Made by a program: the position numbers and the translations under genes | Source: Takakia lepidozioides | Lineage: Eukaryota > Plantae > Bryophyta | Length of the DNA stretch: 64,000 nucleotides | Assembly: GCA_030704615.1 (NCBI GenBank) | Contig: CM060732.1 | Location: 77,996,001-78,060,000, forward strand | Reading direction: 5' to 3' | Notes under the pieces: model-generated | What the model saw: the letters and a program-made list of their open reading frames with translations, nothing else | What the model was told of the DNA's origin: nothing | Database searches by the model: none | Shown: positions 24,595-33,988 of the stretch, piece after piece | Position numbering within the stretch: position 1 is the stretch's first letter | Layout: the number at the start of each line of letters is the position of its first letter

Positions 24595-27132
24595 ATGACA
24601 CAGTTGAATCAAGCACAGTTGTTTGTTGGACACGGCGTATGTAGCACCTCGACTCTCACTGGTGGTTTTGCAAGAGGTCCAAGAGGCGAAGTCGGTAAGA
24701 TTTCGTCTGGCACTTGTGGAGACATCAGAAAACTATGCAAGTCAGGACGACTGAAAGAGGCACTGCACATTTTGGACCAACACGGTATCCAGCCAGACTC
24801 CAACACATATGCTTGCATCTTGCAGGGGTGTATCAACATGAAACGGCTAGCAGAGGGAAAGCAGGTGCATGCCCGCATGATTCAAAGTGGATTCAAGCCA
24901 AACATCTTTCTACTCAACACCCTTGTCAATATGTATGCCAAGTGTGGGAGTGTAGTTGACGCACGCCAAGTGTTTGACAAAATGCCAGGACGAAATTTGT
25001 TTACATGGACTATAATGATAGCAGGATATGCCAAGCATGGGTGTGGTACGGAGGCTTTCAAAATCTATGAGCAAATGCAACAGGAAGGGGTAGTACCCAA
25101 CAAGGTCACATTCATTTGCATTCTTAATGCATGTGCCACTATAGGAGACCTGGAAAAAGGGAAAGAGGTCCATGCTGACATTGTGAAAGCTGGAATTGAG
25201 CCAGACGCCATTCTGGAGACTGCCCTTGCTGACATGTATGCCAAATGTGGGAGCGTAAAGGATGCACGCCAAGTATTTGACAATATGACTGTGCGAACTG
25301 TGGTCTCATGGAGTGTAATGGTTTCTGGATATGCTCAGCATGGGTTTGGTAGGGAGGCTTTGGAGATCTATGAGAAAATGATAGGGGAAGGGGTGGTTCC
25401 TGACAAAGTCATGTTTATTTGCATTCTTAATGCCTGTGCCAGCCTTGGAAACCTGGAAAAGGGCAAAGACGTCCATGGTTGCATCATCAAAGCTGGATTT
25501 TTGCCAGATATTGTTGTACAGACTGTCCTTGCTGACATGTATGCCAAATGCGGGAGCATGAACCTTGCGCGGCAAGTGTTCGAGAGTATGGCTGAACGAA
25601 ATGTGGTCTCCTGGAACACCATGATTGCAGGATATGCTCAACATGGGTGTGGAATGGAGGCTCTTGAGATCTATGACCAAATGCAACAGGCAGGGGTGAT
25701 GCCTGACAGGGTCACATTTACGTGTGTGCTCAATGCGTGTGGTAGGCTAGGGGCCCTGGAAAAGGGCGAAGAGGCCCATGCTCACATCATCAAAGCTGGA
25801 TTTTTGCAAGACATCTTTCTGGAGACTGCCCTTGTTGAAATGTATGCCAAATGTGGGAGCATGAAGGATGCACTGAAAGTATTTGACAAAATGACTGAAC
25901 GTGATGTGGTTTCCTGGAACGTCATGATAGCAGGATATGCCCAGCAGGGTTGTGGCACAGAGGCCATTAAAATCTATGATAGAATCCAACAGGAAGGTGT
26001 GATGCCCGACAGGGTCACATTCATTTGTGTTCTCAATGCTTGTGCCAGCATGGTGGCCCTGGAGAAGGGCAAAGAGATCCATGCTGACATTATCAAAGCT
26101 GGAATTCCGTCATATATTAATTTGGAGACTGCCCTTGTTAACATGTATGCGAAATGTGGGAGTGTAAGGGAGGCCTGTCTAGTGTTCAACAATATGGCTG
26201 AGCGAGACGTGGTCTCATGGAGTGCAATGATTATAGGGTGTGCTCAGCACGGGTATGGTAGAAAGGCCCTGCAGTTATTTGATCAAATGCAACAGGATGG
26301 TATGAAGCCAAACACTATTACATTTATCTCTCTTCTCTCTGCATGTAGCCATGCAGGCCTAGTGGAGGAAGGCTGTCACTATTTCAATTCAATGAGTCAA
26401 GACTATGGCGTCACTCCTACCGTGGAGCATTTTGGCTGCATGGTGGACCTTCTTGGCCGTGCAGGGCGATTGGTCGAGGCCGAAGAATTTATTAATAAAA
26501 TGCCAGTTGAACCAGGTGCTTTGGTGTGGGGGGCCTTGCTTGGTGCCTCCAGAATCCATGGCAATGTTGAGATGGCAGAACGCGTGGCAAAGAAGATTCT
26601 GGAGTGTGATCCAAAGGACGCTTCAGCTTATGTGTTGCTCTCAAACATCTATGCGGCAGCTGGCAGGTGGGATGATAAAGCAATAGTGAGGAAAATGATG
26701 GAGGTCAGAGGTGTCAGAAAGGAGCCAGGGCGCAGCTGTATTGAGGTCCACAATCATGTGCATTCATTCAGTGTAGAAGACAAATTACATCCACAAATTG
26801 ACGAAATCCATGCTGAGCTGAAGAGATTGGCTGGGAAGATGAAGGAGGCAGGGTATGTGCCTGACACACACTTTGTATTACATGATGTTGAGGAGGAGCA
26901 AAAGGAGTTTTTTCTTGCCTACCATAGTGAGAGGCTAGCAATTGCTTTTGGGCTCATCAGCACGGCCTATGGAACACCTATCCGCGTCATCAAGAATCTT
27001 CGGGTGTGTGGGGACTGCCACACTGCCACCAAGCTCATCTCAAAAATTGTTGGGCGAGCGATCATTGTTCGGGATGCCAGCCGCTTTCACCGTTTCCAGG
27101 ATGGAATTTGTTCTTGTGGGGATTATTGGTGA
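24595..27132 (+). CDS. PLS-class PPR protein with E1-E2-DYW cytidine deaminase domain (organellar C-to-U RNA editing factor)
   Basis: Intact 845-aa ORF with 17 clear L/S/P motifs ending P2-L2-S2, then E1, E2, PG box (EPGRSCIEV), HSERLA, CGDCH and terminal DYW. An AG acceptor at 24592-24593 suggests an upstream targeting-peptide exon. Confidence 0.97.
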   Translation: MTQLNQAQLFVGHGVCSTSTLTGGFARGPRGEVGKISSGTCGDIRKLCKSGRLKEALHILDQHGIQPDSNTYACILQGCINMKRLAEGKQVHARMIQSGFKPNIFLLNTLVNMYAKCGSVVDARQVFDKMPGRNLFTWTIMIAGYAKHGCGTEAFKIYEQMQQEGVVPNKVTFICILNACATIGDLEKGKEVHADIVKAGIEPDAILETALADMYAKCGSVKDARQVFDNMTVRTVVSWSVMVSGYAQHGFGREALEIYEKMIGEGVVPDKVMFICILNACASLGNLEKGKDVHGCIIKAGFLPDIVVQTVLADMYAKCGSMNLARQVFESMAERNVVSWNTMIAGYAQHGCGMEALEIYDQMQQAGVMPDRVTFTCVLNACGRLGALEKGEEAHAHIIKAGFLQDIFLETALVEMYAKCGSMKDALKVFDKMTERDVVSWNVMIAGYAQQGCGTEAIKIYDRIQQEGVMPDRVTFICVLNACASMVALEKGKEIHADIIKAGIPSYINLETALVNMYAKCGSVREACLVFNNMAERDVVSWSAMIIGCAQHGYGRKALQLFDQMQQDGMKPNTITFISLLSACSHAGLVEEGCHYFNSMSQDYGVTPTVEHFGCMVDLLGRAGRLVEAEEFINKMPVEPGALVWGALLGASRIHGNVEMAERVAKKILECDPKDASAYVLLSNIYAAAGRWDDKAIVRKMMEVRGVRKEPGRSCIEVHNHVHSFSVEDKLHPQIDEIHAELKRLAGKMKEAGYVPDTHFVLHDVEEEQKEFFLAYHSERLAIAFGLISTAYGTPIRVIKNLRVCGDCHTATKLISKIVGRAIIVRDASRFHRFQDGICSCGDYW

Positions 27133-27496
27133 AACAACCAACATGTATTGAGGTACACAGTCGTATGAGACATCCTGAGCACATATAATGGATTTTGTCC
27201 TTCACCAAATCCAGGGTTTGAGTGTACTGTTACTACCAACGTTTGATGCTGGTGACACTTAGCAATCATCACCTGATGATCAAGGTGTATGGTGTGTCTA
27301 CTCTTAGAAGCATAACCACGTGCCGTGGTATGGCTACAGGGAGAAGTCTGGAGGCACCCACTGGTAATCTACCTGGACACTAGAATTTTCCTTGATCTAT
27401 TTACAGTGATGCGTCCTCCTAAAAGAAAAGAGAGAGAATTTGAATATTGGAGGTGTCAAGGCTACAGCCCTTGCACGGCACTCTGAGAACAGAACA

Positions 27497-27568
27497 GGAC
27501 GGGTAGCTCAGTGGTAGAGCACCCCACCGGAATGGGGGAGGTCCTAGGTTCAATCCCTAGCCCGACCA
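27497..27568 (+). ncRNA. tRNA-like sequence (pseudo-tRNA or head of a tRNA-derived SINE)
   Basis: 72-nt cloverleaf: acceptor GGACGGG/CCCGACC (1 mismatch), D arm GCTC-AGTGGTA-GAGC, T arm CTAGG-TTCAATC-CCTAG. The anticodon loop CCGGAAT is non-canonical (no U33). Confidence 0.6.
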
Positions 27569-30500
27569 TACACCAGCGGTTTTCTGACATTGAATGTCTG
27601 CAGTTTGTTTGCTGACCTGCAGGACTTTTTTCTCCCAAACATTCCAGAAGGACCTGCAATCTTGCACTCAGCCCAAGTGCAAAAGAGAAGACATTGGACA
27701 GTGCAACAATCCCTTGTTACCCCTAGCAAGTAAACTGCACCCCAAATGGATACAGTGCACTGGACGGTTGGAATTGGGGTGTGTGAGCCTTCCAGCGTGC
27801 CTTGCATGTGTCCTTTGTTGGAGGTACGAGAGAGTTACACACATACAAATCTGGTTTGGGCAATGTCTGATGATATTGCAAGTGTGCCAGCCCCCCTCTT
27901 CGAATTGAGGACACCCCAAGTGTGGGTGGCGATTCTGAAGGTGAAGCCTTTGAAATCAGTGCAGAGGAGCATGCTTATTTGTTTGTGACTGTAAGGACTG
28001 ATAATGGTGAGGGGCCGTATGTGTCAGGAGATGAGATGGGAAGTGATCGAGAAAACTCTGATGAAAACGGGAATAATTTGGACGATGTTGACATTTTGGT
28101 GCATTAGGCACTGAGCCGCATGTACATGCATCCAGCCTGGTGAGCCTAGGCAATGAACCATGGGTGGGGACCTTTTCCCAGCGTCTGCTATGTCATGTCA
28201 CATATACCATCGATTGCACAGGTTCATTATCACTCCTTCATTCTATTCGTCAAGGAAGTGATCCATGTTGTGGTCTGCTAGCTACCTGGTGCTGTGTCCA
28301 GAAGGGGCTGTATATGTAAGCACATGTTGCTGCTATGCATATCTGCAAATTCCCGACTCAGGTATGTATATTAATCCGTCCCTTTCGAAATTGGTCCTTA
28401 ATGATCCTTGTGTGTGTTTTCTTTCATATGTGTTAGTGATGGAGTGTATAGTGGGCTGAAATGTTTGGCCCTCTCTTGTATTGACCATGTCTGCCCATGT
28501 CATGTCTGGGTGTTTGCTAATTTGGCCTCTCGAATAGTTTTGTATGTTTAGGAGTTCAGTTTCTTTTTTATGATGTGTAACGGGTATCGAGTGAATGTAT
28601 CTGTGCAGGTCTGGGCCCTGCCTGGCAGGGCTGCGATGGGGCTTTGCTGGTATATTGTGCGGAGCATTCACATATATGAATTCATTCCCTCATGTAACTG
28701 TGTTGTGTTATGTGTGCCCACGGCTGTTTTGGTCTGCCCAATCCAGTGTTGAAGTGTCCTTCATCTGATTAGCGGTGTCATGTTGTATGACTCCCCAATT
28801 CACAATAGTTTTTGTGAGTGCCAGGCCTGAATTAATCACAGAAACAAGCACTGTTCTCTGTACTGTGTAGGATAAGAGAGAAGGGGTGGGTACAAACCCT
28901 GCTGATCCCATCCTGGAGTTTCAGACCAACAAGCAGCTATTGAGATGTCCTCATTGACCACTCCTTGTCAGCCTTCCTTACGCATAGCTGGCATACTAAA
29001 CCTAAGTCACCTGGGGTGTTTTCACCCACCAGGTCTCCACAGAATTGAAATTCTGCTTTGGAGTTTGTAGTTTTCACCAGTGTTTCTCTCTGGTGCCTAA
29101 GTGAGGATCTCCATGGCACTATTGCAACTACAAACAGTATCACAGGTACCCACTGAATAGTGAGTGCCTGTTTTTTGGAGTTTGCAAAACATCGTCAGCA
29201 GGTAGCTATTCAGGCTGGAAATCTGTTGCTGTGAAGCTTACTTGTGCAAGTAGACTGCTCCCCAGTCTACTGATTTTGCTGTTCAATTCTCCAGACTTGG
29301 TGTTTTAGGGGGTATCTTTTTTCCTTTTTTGGTTTTCAAAACAGGCAATATTTGGTTTGACCTAACAAATTCAGTGGTGGGTTTGATCTTGACTGCCTGT
29401 TTTTTCTAGCCATCATAAATCTGTGGTACGAAAGCCAGGTTTTCCATGATTAGACATAGGGTCTCTGGTGTTTTCAGGGGAGTTGAAATTGGTCTACATA
29501 GCTTGGAACTTCAAATTCGCAGCATGCCTCATTTCTGAAAGTCCAATCTTGCCTTTGGTGACATCCAGTGGGTTAACTGAGGCTACTCACTAAGTCAGAT
29601 TTATGCAGCATGGTCATGGCTTCCAAACACTTGCTGACAATTTTCGTCTTGTACAGACGTTGAAGGGCCATCCAGAATCTCTTGTCATTACTCACGTACA
29701 CAGGCTGTACAAGACATTGTAAGGAATAATTTGGAGAGGTACTCCTGATGTTCCCGACCACTCTCGCTATTGTTTGAATTTTTTGACTTCTTGAATGTCC
29801 AGACTTAGCTCACTTTCAACAGCGGGCCTGCATGAACTGATGCCTTGATAGTTCCCCAGCTCTTCTCTGTCACCTTTCTACTATGTCTTGTTGAAATTAG
29901 TGCCTAGAGTGAAGATATTGCCAATGAAGGGGATCATTTGAGTCCTCCAGGTAAGATTGTAGAGAAGTACATTTCCAATTTCTGTGCCATGGCTCTATCA
30001 CTTGTCAACCTGACCTTCTGAACAGTTAAGGACGTCTTCAGACTCATTCATAACAATGGTGGCCTCCGACTATGTATCAGCCTCTCCTTGCTGACATCCA
30101 TAAAATCTTATGGGTATTGCATTATAAGCCCTATACCTCTCACCCGAATACCATTTTCCCACCTCTTATATATATTGAATCTGGCTTGCCCTTCCTTTGA
30201 ATAAACTTCTTTTTTGCAAAATGTAGTGCCATCAAACGGAGACATAGCAAAACAGAATCTTGATTCTCAACTAAATAATACCAACTATAAAATATCATTA
30301 TATAATTGGTGGCCAGGTTGCAGAATCTATACAGACGAACAATTCAATGTTGACAAGCAGGAGATTCCATTTGAGGGCAAATGTATTTGAAAACTACAGC
30401 CGATTTTCATCCAACCCACATCTTGGAAACGTCTACCCTATGATATCAATTTTCATAGTTTTGGAGCAATATTGCTGAGTCTGAGGAAATACTATTATTC

Positions 30501-30847
30501 GTGGGCACTTGCAAATTTCCGTACCTAACGAAATTTGGGAATCACGAGCAAGTCTCGCACAAGAGATACATCATGCCAAGTTTTCTATTCACTTGGAGGA
30601 CAGCTGATATATATATGTGAGTAGAATATAAATTGTATGAAATTAATAGAATTTACGGTCTAAATTTTAAAATTATATTAAATTTTACACTATTTATGTT
30701 GTCCACTCATTAATTTTACTTATGTACTCACATATATATAAGTCGTCCTCCAACTGAATAGAAAACTTGGCTTAATGTATCTATTGTGCGAAGGAGACAC
30801 TTGTGATTCCCAAATTTTGTTAGGTATGGAAATATGCAAGTGCCCAT

Positions 30848-31391
30848 TGTAGAGATGGATTCCTTCTCACCTTCCTTTTTCGACATGGATGAGTGAAGGA
30901 GGGATGAGCTCCGGATGATTTAAGGGATGGACGGAGCCAGGATGAAGTCTGGATGATCTTACACCTTGCGCATGAGGATGAGCTGGCAACAGATGATGGC
31001 TTTATTAGGGGCTGTCTTATTCTAACAGTTAGTTTAGGATTAGATTAGGATGGGACTGGGTGATTTGGCTTCTTTCTATGGCTGTGCTGGAAGGGCATCT
31101 GGTGGACCTATATGTAAGTATCACGCGGCACTAAGATTAGATTATGACCTAATATTATTTAAACCTCACTGCCGTGGCAGTGGGGGTGGTGGCTTTTTGG
31201 GTCTTACGCGAGCGTACGCTGGGGGTAACGGTATGCTTGAGTGGGTGGATGGAAGTGTTTTGGAGGTCTGAGTCTGTGGTGTCCTCTTAGTAAGATTTCG
31301 TCTTCTTTGCCAGGCCCATCTATCGACTACATTCCCCAGATAAGGTTAAGCCCGGTAGAGGAAGGGGAACAAACCCCTAGCGCCGGAATCA
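30848..31391 (+). repeat. 5' LTR
   Basis: Direct repeat of 37077-37621, with about 18 substitutions and 1 indel by eye. It lacks the final 9 nt (GGCTTCACA) of the 3' LTR. Confidence 0.92.
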
Positions 31392-31407
31392 TGGTGGAGA
31401 TGCGGGG
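31392..31407 (+). other. Primer binding site complementary to the tRNA-Ala 3' end
   Basis: TGGTGGAGATGCGGGG directly follows the 5' LTR. Its reverse complement CCCCGCATCTCCACCA matches the recalled 3' end of plant tRNA-Ala. Confidence 0.8.
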
Positions 31408-32686
31408 TAACTAAAATCGTTGACAGAGGATTTAGTTCGTACGGAGTACCGGAGAACAGTAGATTGGGTATGGGGGATCCTGCATGATGGAAGGGAGAGG
31501 TGGTGGCAAAATGGCGGCTTGTGTCTCGCGCACAGAGAAAGAGAGAGAAAGTTTGTCTGCTCGAGCTTTTCTGTGTTTTGAGAGTTTAGCAAGTAAGCAC
31601 TATGGCTTCCAGTTCTGAGCGTGGTTGGTTTGAATTTAATCAATTCGAGGTATCGCGCTTGAAGTAGACTCTGGCGTTGGAATCTCGCTACATTTGTGAG
31701 CTTGTGCGCAACCTGTTGCCTGAGCAGTTGGTTTTTGTTGATTACCCGGAGGGAGAACCCATTCCGCGGCCCGAGCTCCCGCTGGACACGCCCTCGGAGT
31801 TCTGGGCCAAAACCTTTGAGGAAACTGCGCGCAAGGAAGCTTGCAAACCCATACGCACCAAAGCAGAGCAGAGGGAGCAGAGCCGCCGCATTCGCGAATC
31901 TCTTCAGGGAGCTTATGCCGCACACCTTCTCCTCAAGCTTCATTCCAAGGAAGTCACTCTACAAATTCCCCTTGCTAGTGCCAAGGAGCAGTTGGAGAAT
32001 GGTGAGAAGCTTAGCTGGGCTGTCTTGGGCATTCCACAATTTTCTGTGAGTCGAGAATTGGGTGTAGAGCTTGAGAGCTTCCTACCTCCTGACAAGCCGA
32101 GCCCTCTTTCCGGGGGTGTGCTTTCGGCGTGAAATAGTAGGTCTCTACAAGGCCGAAGAAGCCCAGACATATCATGCCCACACGCTGTTGGTGAAGGAAA
32201 AGGTGGTACGCAGCATCGTGTGTGTGGCTTTTTGGCTCAAGGGTGAAGAGGAACTATGGGCATTCTTGGGATAAGGAGTGTACCTGCTACACAAGCACCG
32301 CTTCATCACATCCCACTGTGTGTCCGGGTGGGACTCGCAGCTCAAAAGCCCCTTTGGACAGGTAGCCGTGTACTTTTCTTCTCATGCCTGTATTTACAAG
32401 ATCTATGCTAAAAAAGGAAGCAGAAGAGACGATGGGACTAAGTGAATTGGAAAAACGTGTAGCGGAGGAGAGGGAAGAGACAACAACTAATGAAAAGAAT
32501 AATATGGAAAGGGGAGAGTCGTCCGGAGATCACAAAGATTCGGCGACTGTGCCTCAGCCCACATTTGATTTGGACGAGTTGTGTGAACACCAGGTGGTGC
32601 CCTTACCAATCTGACTTGCCTACCCTAATTGAACAGTTACAAAGAGACAAAAAACAGAAGGGTACTTTAAACGAACCCGGTCATCT

Positions 32687-33988
32687 GTGAGGGTGCCAGA
32701 TGACCATGGTAAGAACCCCAACCCGCTAGTAAATGTTGTTCTTTCTCGTGATTTCAAACTCATGCACTGTGAGGCCTATAAGCGCGTCAGTCGGGACCGT
32801 ATCCACCCATTGATGACACAATGTCATGTGGGCCACCTTTCTTTTCCATTTGTTATTGATACTGGTTGTACAATGTCTGCCATTCCACTTAGTACAGTTC
32901 GCATTCTTGGATTAAAGATTAGCTCTGCTCGTGGCCTTGTGGTTACCATAGCTGATAGCACGGCATATGAACCCATTGGGTTAGTCACCTTACCTATCCG
33001 CATTAGTGGGAAAACTGTCTTGCTGACCTGCATTGTCACCATGGGTGAACAAGTTTTGCTGGGTCTGGATTGGATGAAGGGTGCAGAGGCCAGCATTGAC
33101 ATCATGAACAATCTTATGTGCCTTCACAATGGTGAAGGGCAACCTTACAAGGTGAGTCTAAGCCATGTTCCTATTGCCGCTGGGACCTCTATGGCCAACT
33201 ATTCTCGTCTCAAGCTTCAAGCTAAGCAGATGAAGGAGCATGTGGGTTTGCATTATAATTGGGCCAGATTTAGCCAGTTCCAACCACTTGGTGATACTTT
33301 GTACCAATGGCATTTCCCTCCACCAGGTAAGAAGTCTAGATCTCCCTTGCCTGTGGCAAATAATTCCCTTTTGCTACGTTCTCCTATTGACTTCAGTATC
33401 CCTGCTTTTTCTCAGCGCATAGTACCTACAGGCTTAGCTTTTGCTTGCCCTGCAGGTCATTTCCCTGAGATTGAGAGCTGGAAAAAACTTTCCCTTCAAA
33501 AGCACTGTCTGGTTGCTTCTGGGGTTTTAGACAGGGGATTCAAGGGCGAGGTCAGGTTGCTGATTGCTAATCCTGAACACATTAGCATCAATGTCCGCAG
33601 GGGTCAGGTCCTTGCTAGGCTCACTGCTTCTCCTTTGTCTGAGTTGGCCTCTGTTAAGAAAGGTCTCAGTCTTCATGATATTGGGCTGGTGGATTCCCCT
33701 GTGGACCAACTCCAGGCGTTTGCCTCTCATTCTGGTTCCACTGACAAAGACAATCTTACTCCTGAAGCAGAGCAACATTCTCAGCAGGTCTTAAAGGATA
33801 TCAAGGTGGGTGATCATCTTGCTCCCCAGCAGATTTATCGCCTGCACCAGTTTCTCCGTGACAATCTCGACATCTTTAGTAAAGGGCTTCATGACTTGGG
33901 CCGCACCACCCTTCTGGATCATGACATCGTCTGGTGTTATCACACCCTCCATATCCCCTTAGGCCAGTCCCTTTGTCTTGGTGGGTAA
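32687..33988 (+). pseudogene. pol N-terminal segment: retropepsin aspartic protease plus dUTPase-like domain
   Basis: FPFVIDTGCTMSAI...VLLGLDWM (protease, ~32800-33130) and IPAFSQRIVPTGLAFACPAGH...GVLDRGFKGEVRLLIAN...RRGQVLARL (dUTPase fold, ~33360-33635). Confidence 0.85.

Noticed and set aside
24609-26686. Multiple antisense and alternative-frame ORFs over the PPR gene
   Set aside because: They are by-products of PPR repeat periodicity and codon bias.
24595-27132. U-to-C editing (KP-type DYW) factor
   Set aside because: It has a PG box, HSE and terminal DYW, i.e. the canonical C-to-U type.
27497-27568. Functional tRNA-Ser(GGA) gene
   Set aside because: No U33, no long variable arm, and mismatches in the acceptor and anticodon stems.
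27600-30250. Short ORFs suggesting a decayed gene or TE
   Set aside because: No recognisable domain, termini or consistent frame.
31050-31271. Duplicated 73-aa ORF (also at 37280-37501)
   Set aside because: It lies inside the LTRs, and the duplication is explained by LTR identity.
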